A DNA stretch of 64,000 bases, from positions 18,104,001 through 18,168,000 of the forward strand of contig NC_043008.1 in the NCBI RefSeq assembly GCF_006345805.1. Reading direction: 5' to 3'. Position numbers and translations under genes: made by a program. This DNA is from Octopus sinensis (lineage: Eukaryota). Below, one piece after another: positions 37,966-50,990 of the stretch. The notes under the pieces are model-generated. The model searched no databases. It had not been told where the DNA came from and worked only from the letters and a program-made list of their open reading frames with translations. Within the stretch, counting starts at the first letter, position 1; each line of letters opens with the position of its first letter.

Positions 37966-39990
37966 CCTTACTTTTAAATGAACATGCTAACTATATATTA
38001 AATTATAATCTAAGCAGTCTATTTTAAGCAGTGAATATAACAGTATAGTTTTATATAAGCTAAATATGAATTTATAGAGGTACAAAATTATATTTATTTT
38101 ATAAATAAAGGCTATTATAAAATAATAAATAATAAAATAATCGGGTAGAGCAGAACAACAAAGAAAAGGAATAAAATAGCTTAACCTCTAAAACCATGAT
38201 AAAGTATGTATACCTTATTAACATCAATAGAGAACATTTATAGAAAATGTATGATAATTTATGTATACGAAACAAAAAAATCATATCTTTTCTTATTTAG
38301 CTAGTATTAATAAAGACTTGTTAATACTAGCTAAATAAGTAAAGATACAAGGATGTTTGCAAAAGGGACATGAAGGCCTGCGGCATCAATATTAGCAACT
38401 GGGAAGCAGTTGCCAGCAACCGTGGAGATTGGCGACATACCAAGGGAACACAAATGAATGACTGAAGGAGAGAGGAGATATGGAAAAACAAGAAAAGACG
38501 TCAACAAAAAACTATGACATTACAACCAGCCAGGCAAAGTCTTCGCTACATTTGCGGCACCTGCCAGAGGGAGAGTTTGTCCAGGATATGACTACACAGC
38601 CACAACAGGAGATGTATTAGGACATGACATGTAAAAGCTGAACTAGATTATTTTATGCGCAACTCCATTGTCTCCCGACACAAAAAGGATGCCAGCAATG
38701 AAGACTTATACCTGGTATCAGTTAAAAGAATATTGGTGTTATAGGACATTCTAATTTTATACTAATTTTAAAACTAAGAAGTATATTACAGGTTTTATAA
38801 GTTATTATTGTTACTTCATACATGATATTTATAGTCTCTGAGGGGTACTTAATTAGAAGGGTTACTTATGTAAAGGCCCTTATAAATACTAAGATCAGGA
38901 GGGTAGAGCTCTTTAAGAAAAGGGATAAATCAAGTAATTTCTAAAGACCTTTTCAAACAATATTGCCATATTGTATAAAGTTAAAATTTAGAGTTGTCAA
39001 GAAGATTATAAGAATGATATTATAACAAAAGGATAAAATTTCTTCGAATACTTTTGAGTATATACCAAATTTTACCACAATAGAAGAAGGAAAATAAATT
39101 ACATAGAAATAATTTAATATTTATACAAATTATTATCTAAATATTAACTTAGATGGTATCTATGGATATTGATCAATTGGATTTACTGATATTTAATAAA
39201 GGAGTACTGAGGCTAAAAAACATGTTAACTGTATAATAATTAAATTAAAGTATTTTAAGTTGTGGGGATACCGGTATTGTTTTATATAAGCTAAGTATGA
39301 ATTTATAGGGGTAAAAAATTGGATTTATTAAAGGTTATTATAAAATAATAAAATGATCAGGTAGGGTGGAGCATCATAGAAAAAGAATAAAGATAGCCTA
39401 ATTAATAAAAACCATAATAAAGTATATGTACCTTATTAACAACAATAGAGAAGATTTATAGAAACTGTATAATAATTTAAGTATTAAGAACTAAAAGTTG
39501 TTTATTAACTTATTTAGTTTATTTCAATCGAGACTGATACCCGGTATTAAAATATTGATGTTATAGGACATGCTAATTATATACTAATTTTAAATTAAAA
39601 GGTATAATATAGGTTTTAAAAGTTATCAGTGTTAATCCGTACATGATATTACAGTTTCTTAGGGGTACTTAATTGGAAGGGCTACTTGTATAAAGGCCAA
39701 TATAATACTAAGATCAGGAGGGTGGAACACTTTACGAAAGGGGTAAATAAAGTAATTACTAAAACTATTAAAAACAATATAGCCATATCGTATAAAGTTA
39801 AATTTTAGGGTTATCAAGATTTAGCATTGAAGCGAAAGAATAAATTAACTATATATATATTTAATTATAATCTAAACAATTTAATCTTAAGTTGTCAAGA
39901 TACCCATATTGTTTTATCTATAAGCTAAGTATGAATTCATAAAGGTACAACATTTTGGTTTATCTAAAGGCAGTTAGAAGCATTAAAAAG
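37966..39990. repeat. Diverged AT-rich tandem repeat (~350-bp monomers in a/b alternation)
   Basis: ACATGCTAA(C/T)TATATA-type anchors at ~37982, 38748, 39221, 39569 and 39843; GTTTTATATAAGCTAA.TATGAATT at ~38048, 39279 and 39911. Confidence 0.8.
38344..38700 (+). mobile_element. 5'-truncated RTE-clade (BovB-like) LINE 3' end
   Basis: RYKDVCKRDMKACGINISNWEAVASNRGDWR, later C..C.R..S.I.L.SH.R.C-like remnant, RTE-type 3' tail; TSD AAGACTT at 38313-38319 and 38701-38707. Confidence 0.8.
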
Positions 39991-40002
39991 TAATTAAAAA
40001 AT

Positions 40003-40062
<60 letters not shown>

Positions 40063-41800
40063 AAAGGATTAAAATAAATCCTCTACTTTTTCTTTAACTG
40101 CCAATCAATCTCATCACAATCATTCCCTGCATCCTAACCCTAAAAACCTCTATTAATATAGGCCTTAATATAATTTAACATTGCTTTCACAACAATAGAA
40201 TGAAAATTATTCCCGTTCTTCTCTGAAATCAACATGGCTTTTGCATTTAGCAGATCGACATTTCCACAGCTCTATGGCATTATAAACATCATAGAAAACT
40301 CAAAATCTCCAAGGAAATGGCATCAATTGTATTATATGGATTTCTTCAAGGTATTGATAGTGAAACAGTCTATATTATGTACCTTATTAAACTACGGTAT
40401 TGTGGATCATATGCTCAAAGCCAAGAGCAACATGTATGTAAATCCAACAAGCCTTTTGCACACACACATGATAAATCTAAAAAATTTCCAAAAACAGTAG
40501 GAATCCTGTTCGGAGAGTTTCTACATCGGTTTCTCTTTTAACTGTAAATGACTATATCTCTAGGATAATTAATTAATTAATTACGTTCAAAACAAAGAAA
40601 ATAAGCAATGAAAACATCGAGAGAATCTGTATCACTCTGACCTTGATTTTGCTGATAATTCGCCATTACACATCTCATCAAGTCCATGATAAGCAATCGA
40701 AAACAATGGATATTAATATGAAATTACAAGACTTATGTAACGAGATGTGGTGATGTCCTAAGAAAAGCGCAGAACAAAGGGACTGTGTTTCTCATCTTCA
40801 GGCCCGTATGTCTTGTAGAATTTTAACTAAGTTATTATTAGCCAACAGGTACGTGGTTGTGACCGATAACTTGCTAGGTGATGTATAGAATTCATGACAT
40901 ACTCCACTTCATAGAATGTTGCGGTTAAATATCTAGAAAAGCCGGGACCCTGACAATGCAGGTGATCTGAAAACTTCCGACGGGTTGGTCATCCATCCCG
41001 GTAAATTATACATCAACTGTCTTGTTTCAATGATGCTCCATAACTGAAAATGTTTGATGATTTCAAACATATTGGATCCTATAGAGGTTACAGTAAGAAC
41101 GTGTTCTTGACACACAAAGGCTAATTCGCAATCAAATATTTTAAATTCAACCGAGACTGACTTTCGCCATGGTATATGTAGAAGGCATTTCTTTCTAGGG
41201 ATTTGGAAGATATTGAATATGAACATGACCCTTAAAAATGATCTCGACGTTGGTTACGTTAGCCTTGTCATGAGAATTCAAAAGAATCGTGAGCACAAGA
41301 CCAACCAGAAGATTTGTGGACATATTTGGAAATTTGTGGAAATAAGCACACAAACAGCCTCACCACAGTCATAATGATATATATATATATATATAATATA
41401 CTATATATATATATATATATTATATTATATATATATATATATATATGTGTGTGTGGTGTGTGTGTGTGTGTGTGGTGTGTTTGTGTATACATACCAGTGT
41501 GTGTGTATTGGTGCGAGTATGTATGTATATATATATATATACGCATGTATGTATGTATGTATGTATAAAACTTATAATTGAATATGAAATGAACAGGCTT
41601 AATTACAAATTACGACAAATCTTTCTGTTGAAAGTTAACAGCTGTTGCTTGCTGAGTTTTCCATATTAGACTCTTACATAAATTATTTTACAAATAATTA
41701 TGTAAGTATGATCCAGAAGTAATATGTATATATGTAGTTATATGTATACAAGCTGATAGCTAGATACACACAAACACACACACATTATTTTACATACCTA

Positions 41801-41835
<35 letters not shown>

Positions 41836-41839
41836 GTTA

Positions 41840-41886
<47 letters not shown>

Positions 41887-42481
41887 AGAGAGAGAGAGGA
41901 GAAGAGAGAGAGAAAGAGGGAGTGAGTGAGTAAGTGAAAGACAGATAGACAGACAGAGACATACAGAGAGAAAGAAAGATACTTAGATAGAAAGGAGATA
42001 ACAGCAGTTTAGTATATAGTTATATTATATTTCTTCCCCTCGAATGATTAGAATAGCAATTTTGAAAATATGTCTACGAAATACTGAACAGATTTCTAAT
42101 ACATTTTATATTTATATTCATATTACTTTGCTTATAGTATTCAATTCACTTGTGTCTTTTGTTATTTTGAACTGTTTGCTTTATTCACCGTACACAAATG
42201 TAGACACACAGCCGACTTGTGTATAAAATTGTAACAGCAAATATCGCTGTAATATTTTCAAGTGTTTTATAATTCCGCTCATTTTAGTCATTAGATTGCG
42301 GCCAAATTCTAACACAGTGTTATTCTAGAAGACAGTGCCCCCAACGTTCCGCGGAGTAATTTTTAACTTAGTGCCACGTGATTTCAAATCAAACTAATAC
42401 CAATAAAATAACTCAGAATATTTGATCTAATTAATTTTTTTCCAAGAAATTCCGTTACATATATCTTCATGTATATATATA

Positions 42482-42850
42482 TACTCTTTACTCTTTTACT
42501 TGTTTCAGTCATTTGACTGCGGCCATGCTGGAGCACCTCCTTTTTAATCGAGCAATGCCCTGTGAGTGGATTTGGTAGACGAAAACTGAAAGAAGCCTGT
42601 CGTATATATGTATATATGTATGAGTGTGTATATGTTTGTGTGTCTATGTTTGTCTCCCTAGCATTGTTTGACAACCGATGCTGGTGTGTTTGCGTCCCCG
42701 TCACTTAGCGGTTCGGCAAAAGGGACCGATAGAATAAGTACTGGGCCTACAAAGAATAAGTCCCGGGGTCGATCTGCTCGACTAAAGGCGGTGCTCCAGC
42801 ATGGCCGCAGTCAACTGACTGAAACAAGTAAAAGAAAGAAAGAAAGACAA
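42482..42850. mobile_element. Double-tailed SINE-B structure (two 3' ends pointing outward)
   Basis: Minus-strand tail at 42482-42555 fused to a plus-strand truncated copy at 42556-42850. Confidence 0.85.
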
Positions 42851-43697
42851 CTAAGATATCATGGTTGAATTATTTTAAATATCAGATGACATTCTAAGTT
42901 GAAATTCATTGAATCTGGTTCTGTTGTACTGACTTTAGTATCAAAAACAAGCGAACTGAAATCTGGCATAAATCTTAACACTCCTGTTCTTTTGTTCGGT
43001 AGTGTGGGCACAATTTTGTCTGTGTAATTAAAAATATATATTTTGAACAAATTACTCTAACATTGTTTGAAGTACATTTTTTTTTTCAGCCACCTTATAT
43101 ATTTCTGTTTTTTGTGCTTTTATTATTTTATTCTATCTTATTATTATTATTATCATTTTTTTTTTGTCCTGTTGACTCATCATTAACAGTCAGTTCCATA
43201 TAAAATATTGATAAGTGTATTTTTTCCCCTTCTATTTGGCTTTGTAAAGCTTTATCAAATGTGTTAATGGTAACAGCTTGGGAACATGAAGCACGTGATT
43301 CAGAGTAAACCTGATTTACTAAAAATTTCCAACAGAGCTGCCTATAACTAATGCATGTGTAACACATTTAGATTTGGTAGTTTTATTGGATTAGAGGTAG
43401 TACCCAAACAAATATTCCTCAGAGCTTTGACGTTTAACTTAATAAAGATTCTTGTAAAACATATAAAGCACATCTAATGTGATACATGTGTATGTATGTG
43501 AGTGTGCGTGTGTGTATGTGTGTCTGTGTCAGTGTTTGTCTGTGTATCTGTGTGTGTATTAGAGTCCATATATATATGTATGTATATATGTGTGTGTGCA
43601 TGTATGTATGTGTATGTAAGTATATATGTATGTATGTATGTATCTGTGTAATTTCGGTGGTGGGAATTGTCCTATATTTTAATTGTGTATGTATATA

Positions 43698-43729
<32 letters not shown>

Positions 43730-43766
43730 GATATATATATATATAATATATATATTATATATATAT

Positions 43767-43797
<31 letters not shown>

Positions 43798-43851
43798 TAT
43801 GTGTGGTGTGTGTGTATGTGTGTGTGGTGTGCGTGTGTATGTGTGCATGTA

Positions 43852-43916
<65 letters not shown>

Positions 43917-43980
43917 AATGCCTATGTATGTGTGAGAGGGGACGTACAATTAGCTTGTGGTTATGTCGATATATTTCCAG

Positions 43981-44067
43981 GCTATGAGAATAATGGGCAT
44001 GTTACTACTCGATGCTTTCAGCGGATGGTTTCGCTTAGCAGCAGATAGATACATAGTACCCTGCTGG
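43981..44067 (+). CDS. Candidate internal coding exon of an unidentified host gene
   Basis: ATATTTCCAG| 87 nt open in phase 0 ([29 protein letters not shown]) |GTATGT. Confidence 0.45.
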
Positions 44068-44504
44068 GTATGTTTGACCAGTGTAAACAGCAGAAGCATT
44101 AAAGAGAACTGCATGTGCATGCACTGCTATGCACAAACCTTTACAAAAGATACACTTTCATTATTTTCATACGCTATCATATATGGACTATTTATACAAC
44201 CCATAATGATATTCCAGTTATATTATATGGACCTCAGTTATGAGGTTTCATCAGTTTATATACTATGCTTGTATATTGTCCTTTGCTTAAGTAAACGACT
44301 GTGAAAAGGCAAGAGTAAAAGTAATGCGTATTTTTAAAGCTTTATCGCACTGTTGTTTATTGTTATCGAATGGGTTACCATACTTATCACATAAGAAAAT
44401 GAATCCCTTGTTATTGCTAGGGAGTTTTGATTTTGCATACTCATAAAATATTTCATACGCAAGAAAATAGGGGAGTGTAGTCAGGCATGAATGTATGATA
44501 AAGA

Positions 44505-44775
44505 TCACTGTACAATCTCGTAGTTTGGGTCGAGTCCCACTTCGTTGGACCTTTGGTAAGAGCCTTCTGCTTTGGCTTTAGACCGTCCAATGCCTTGCGA
44601 GCGAATGAGGTAGCCGGAAATACCATGAAAACTGGTCATACTGCTGGCAACCGGTGTTGGATTGTTTAAATCTTCGTGGATTATCGATTTGGCGAAAGAC
44701 AACGGTTGGAATAAATAGCAAACTTTAAAAAAGAAGTACAGTACGACTAACACACTTTAAGATGGTGCTCCAGTG
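44505..44775 (+). mobile_element. Degenerate SINE-B-related copy
   Basis: TTGGGTCGAGTCCCACT..., CCAATGCCTTG.GAG.GAAT, ...GATGGTGCTCCAG. Confidence 0.6.
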
Positions 44776-45166
44776 AGTAAAACAAATGAATTTTAAAAGA
44801 GAATATAAACAATAAATGAAATCTGTATTCTGCAAACGTAATTCGACATTGAATATCTTAATTATTTTGACATTAAGAATTATGTAGCACACCCCTCATT
44901 AATGTATATTATCTATGCCAAAGTGGAACAGAGAATTCTGCCATCTCTAGGATAAGAACAAAACTGATTGTTTCAGTTTAATGACGTCCATACTGATTTC
45001 AATGGAGTCTATATATATTTTGGTAGGTCTTGGAATTTGTAAGTCAGATTTCACTAATCATCGCACATTGTTTCTTCCTTGAAGGTCAGACTGCATTAGT
45101 GTATCTCACTTTGGTATGAGACAAATACGTATTCTGTGTAAAATGTGTTTTTTTAATATAACATAA

Positions 45167-46230
45167 TGCGGCAAGCTGGCGAAATGGGGCAAAACACTTC
45201 ACGGCATTTCGTCTGTCTTAATGTTCTCAGTTCGATTTGCACCGTGGGTCGACATTGCCTATTATCCTTTCGAGATACAGGAAATAAGTACCAGTTGAAC
45301 ACTGGGGTCGATGCATTCGACTTACCCCTTCCCCCGAAATTGCTGGCCTTGTCTGAAAATGTGAAACGAATAAAACATAACACTACAAAGCAGTGAGCTG
45401 GTAGAATCGTTAACACACCGGGTGAAATCCTTAACAGAATTTCATCTGTCTTTGCGTTCTAAATTCATATTCCACTGAGGTTGATCTTACCTTTCATCGC
45501 TTTGGGGGTCTATGAAATAAATAGTAATTGAGTACTTGAGTTTATGTAGTCGACTTACCATCTCTTCCGAAACGGCTGGCTTTGTGCCAAAGTTTGAAAG
45601 CAATGTGACATAATATTTTAAAGCGGTGAGCTGGCAGAATCGTTAGCACACTGGGCAAAATGTTTAGCGGTTTTTCGTCGGTTTTTAGATTTTGAGTTCG
45701 AATTCTGCCTAAGTCGACTCTACCATTTATCCTTTCGGGATGGATAAAATAAATACCAGTTGAGCACTGGAGGTCGATATAATCGTGTATCACACTCCCC
45801 TCGAAAGTGCTGCCCTAGTGTCAAACGTTGAAACCAATGTGACATAACTCTAAAAGGTGGCGGTGATGCAGAGCCTTGAGCACGGCAAATAAAATGTTTA
45901 TCGGTATTTCGTCCGTCTTTACGTTCTGAGTTCGAATTCCGCCGAGGTAGTTGTTGCTTTTCATCAGTTCCAGGTCAAAACGATATGTACCAGTCAAATA
46001 CTGGGATCGATGTAATCGGGACATTGTCTTCCCTCCAAAAACTGTTGACCCCCGTGCAAATGTTGTAAGCCAATATGACATAACCTTAATAAACTGGCAG
46101 ATTCGTTTGCTCGTCCTAAAATTGCTTAGCATTATTCCTTTCGGATTTTCGTTCAAATTACGCCGAGGGCGACTTTGCCTTTCATCCTTTCAGGGTCGAA
46201 AAAATTAAGTACCAGTTAAACATTTGGGTC
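45167..46230 (+). mobile_element. Old head-to-tail array of five SINE-A (alternative tail) copies, period ~230 bp
   Basis: Heads near 45167, 45391, 45622, 45856 and 46092, with a recurring spacer AATGTGACATAA...AAAG. Confidence 0.8.
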
Positions 46231-46849
46231 CATACTGTTCTTCAAGATAGAAGAGACCCATAAATCCAACGATGCAAAGAAAAACTAAATCGAATATACT
46301 ATGAAAATGTCTAATGCAATATATATTTCAGCTCAAACAAAAGCGTCAAATATATACTTTCATTGAAAACTAACACAAATAGCATACGTTAGCATTGGAT
46401 ATCAATCATGGAAATGGGTTCATGATGTTATATTTATTATTCGAGCTGATTTATAGAATATTCAATTCGAACTGAATATTTCACTATTAATTATTTTAAG
46501 ACCGAAAACAAAAAGACAAGAACAAAAGTCTCTTGAAAGAATAGTATTAATTGCTAAATGATAACGTATCCATAGATTTATATATTTTGAAATTTAATAT
46601 TTATAAATTGCAGTGTTAATAATACGAATCTGTACATGTAGTTTGAAAGTTCTATGTAATCAAATTAAACAGTTAAAAATTAAATGTATTCGGATTCTAT
46701 GCTTATAAAGCTTGTTTGCATTGTATTTCTCGCCTATGAAATAATTAATCAATCTTTAGAAAATTAATATTGACACTGTACTATAGCACAGCCTTTTCAA
46801 TATTCTTTCAGTTCGAAAAATCTTCTTTGTGCATTAACCCTTTCCGAAC

Positions 46850-46867
46850 GTAATAATAATAATAATG

Positions 46868-46915
<48 letters not shown>

Positions 46916-46925
46916 TAATAACAAT
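46850..46925. repeat. (AAT)n microsatellite
   Basis: Trinucleotide run. Confidence 0.95.
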
Positions 46926-47340
46926 AAATATTCAGAAACAGATTTCCAAAAAGCTGAGACAATTATAATTAAGATTCAGCAATTTATTCAGTATTATAAA
47001 CAACAAAAAAGAACAACAATACTAACAATAATTAGACACAGACACTACCGCCAACTCAACCACCATCACTATCAGCGACTACATTATTCAGCATTAGCTA
47101 TGGAAACAATAAAAACAATAAAAATGACAACTCACGAACAATTAGTCAATATATATCAGAAGGAAATGAGAAACAAAAAGGAACAATACAATATATATTT
47201 GAATATAAAATTTGTATCCATAACAATAATTCATTTATTCAAACAGGGAGCAATTGTATATTTAAGCATATTACTGATAAAACGATAAAAAAATAAATAC
47301 ATACAATATTAATCAATATACATATATATATATATATATA

Positions 47341-47432
<92 letters not shown>

Positions 47433-48209
47433 AGTGAAACTCACATAAAATCATTTATTTAATCAAATATATGATTGGAGTCCATAGATATATAGATACA
47501 GGTATAATATAAGCATATGCATATATATATAATATATGATATAATATAAATTACATATTTTATATATTTGTGTGTGCATGTGTGTGTGTGTGTGTGTATA
47601 CGTATCTGTATCACTCAATTATGTATGTGAGTGTGTGCTGTAATACGTATATATTTATAAGTGCTTGCGTATATGTATGTCCATGTGCAGAGAAAAAGAG
47701 AGAGAGAGAGAGAGAGAGAGAGTAAGAAGAGAGAACTAGACAGAGAGGAAGAAAGAAAGAGAGAAAGGACAGATGCACTTACATCACAGTATCTTACATA
47801 TACGCCAAGGTGTCTATATAAATATTGTTTGATAGCAAATTTATACTAAATGCAAAATAAACAATAGAAATAATTCTTTGTTTTCCTTCCTGGGAAAAAA
47901 ATGTTTGCATGTAAGAGGATATAACTCATACCAGCATAACATTCCCCATCCCTCAATTCAATTTTATTTATTGTGTATATATATATGTATATATATGGTA
48001 TATATATATATGTACACACACATATATATATATATATACACACACATATATATATACACACACATACACACACATATATATTATATACACATACATATAT
48101 ATATATATATATGTGCATACCTACACACATATATGAAAGCACACATAGATACATATACAAATATACATTCATATCCATATGCGTATATGCATATGTATAA
48201 AGTATGAAT

Positions 48210-48241
<32 letters not shown>

Positions 48242-48284
48242 CATATATTATATACATACATAGATGTATGTATAAATGTATATG

Positions 48285-48316
<32 letters not shown>

Positions 48317-49417
48317 CATACATAGATGTATGTATAAATGTATATGTATATACATATATATACATATATATATAGTTCTTTCATGTGTCTTTATGACAGT
48401 ATATGGGCTTATAAACCCCTGTGTCTATATGCGTATGCATGTATATATTGATATATGCATATATATATATACATATGTATATGCATATATAAATATATAC
48501 GTACATAGATATACATATGCATACATATCTGTATGCATATGTACGTGTGTGTATTTGCGTGTGAGTGCGTATATATGTATGTATGTATGTAGATAAATAT
48601 GAAAATATTATGCGTTTTAAAACAAAGTAGGTTGCCAGGAAATGTTTGATAAATTTTTATACGTTGACACAAGTTCATGTAATCGTATATTTAATATACA
48701 CAGATGAAAGCAAGTTATAAACCATTTTAAAGTTTTTAATCTATAAATATCGCTTTTGCACAACTGGAAAATGCTATAAATCAAATATAATCACTATTTT
48801 AAAATATGTTCAACCAGTAATGCATCTCATGTGACGACGCTTTTGGATATATGATGTTCTAAAGCTGTATTTTCTCGGTTGCTTTTTCTGTTGATTTCTT
48901 CTTTTCTATTACATTTTGTTTCCCTCGAGTTTGTAAAAATATCTCACTCACGTTCCTCTTTTCTAGTATCCACCAGCCTTCAACCCCCCACCACCACCAC
49001 CACCATCACCGCTCATGTAATGGTATGGGTTCATGAAACGATCGGTTATTGATCAGCGTTGTTATTTTCTCTTATAAGCGATTTTTTTGGTTTAATATAT
49101 ATATATATATATATATATATGTATTATATATCGTCAGTATGAGTACGAAGGAGAAGCTGCGTCTAAATTATTGATATGTGTTGCATCGTGCCTACGAGCA
49201 CACACACACACACACACACACAAGGATATATGCCGTTGCACAAAGACACCTATATACTTACATACGTGCATATATATATATATATATATATCTACACACA
49301 TATATATATATACCTGTTACATATATGTATAGAGATATGTACATACTTCTATATCATATTTCGTTATATGGACATAAATATATGCGTATACAGGTATATA
49401 GATATTTTTAAACAGAG

Positions 49418-49508
<91 letters not shown>

Positions 49509-50694
49509 ATGTAATTGTGTGTCCGTGTATTTATATATGTGTATATATATATATACATATATGGATGTCTATATATATACATACATATGTATTGATATAT
49601 ATATATGTGTGTGCATACGTATGTGTACTTGTGTTTGTACATATGTGTGTTTATATATATATATATACTAACCTGCATTAAAAATCAGTTGCGTTATATC
49701 TATGATTATATATATTTATATCTATGTGTCCTAACCTGTGAGTTTTACGTTCATCCACATGCATATATAGTCTATGATAGACTAGTTATGTATTTTCGTT
49801 ACATAAACTTCCATGTAATATCCATAAAGGAATACGAAGCCTACACTATCGATAAAATAATGGCAGAATACCTTGCAAATGCAAACTAATATTTGTACTT
49901 CATAGGTTCGGATATATACCGAAGCCATTTGTGTGCGTATAAATCAGACCTTATTGTAGAATCCTTTATTTCTATTTGTTTATTGTATGCAAACACAAAC
50001 AGGCGTACACATAACTATATGAGGGTATATGAGTTTTCAACGCTGTGTGTTCTTATATATAAAACTACAAAGCTAGCATACGCTAGGATCATAAATAATC
50101 GATTTTACCGTAACTAGAAAATTATAAAGAAAAAAACTAAACAATCATAAATTAATAAAACACGTCATTATTTAACCAGAACACAGGTCTTACACTCGGG
50201 ACTTTGTCAACCTAGAAGTTATTGTCGGTAGCTACGCTCCCATGTTAAACATAATTGACCTTGTCAATCCCTCAGCGATTTCCAGTCAGAAATCAGAAAC
50301 TTTTGTAAAATATTCAGACTTCTTACATAACCTCCATACATATCAGAAAGGCAAAATTGCAAAAGAGAGGCAAAATTCACAAGGCAAGAATTACTCAGTA
50401 CGTTGACAATTCAGGATTCTTGAAATATATTTGGGGTATTTGTAGATCGGCGCAAATAACTGCAATAAAAGTGAAGAAGCCTCGTTTTTGTATTTGCATT
50501 GCATAATTCTTGATGTGAACTTATTTAATGAAATATATTTTGCAGTACTTCTGGACGGTCATTCTACTAAAAGTGAATACAAGTACTTGTTCTATATTTT
50601 ACCTCTTTATTACTTGTCAGTTGGTTAGCTGTTCAGCCAGTTACCTAATCGATAGTTTGATTAATCATTCAGTCAATCCGTCTCTAAGTTGTTC

Positions 50695-50990
50695 CCTCTC
50701 TAGTCATGCCTGGCTCATAAGGGCCGGTTTCCCGGTTTCCTTGGCGTATAGCTTCCCCGCCTGGATGGGACGCCAGTTCGTCGCAGGTGTGCTGCAAGAT
50801 GCCGGAAGAAAGACTGAGAGAAAGTTGTGGCGAAAGAGTCAGCGAAAAAGTTCGCCATTTCCTTCTGCGGGAGCTGCGTGGAGCTTAGGTATTTCGCTCA
50901 TAAACACACACAACCCGGTCTGAGATTCGAACCCGCGAACCCTCGACCGCGTGTCCGCTGCTCTAACTACTAGGCCATGTGCCTCCACGT
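50695..50990 (-). mobile_element. SINE-D (tRNA-derived)
   Basis: Minus strand GGAGGCACATGGCCTAGTAGTTAGAGCAGCGG...GGTTCGAATCTC...GTGTGTGTTTATGAGCGAAATACCTAAGCTCCACG; head shared with 60928-61240 but the 3' half differs. Confidence 0.85.

Noticed and set aside
37966-39990. Mitochondrial insertion (NUMT)
   Set aside because: No conserved rRNA, tRNA or OXPHOS motif in any frame, including the invertebrate mitochondrial code; the tandem a/b structure and single-base indels argue for a satellite. Not formally excluded without BLAST.
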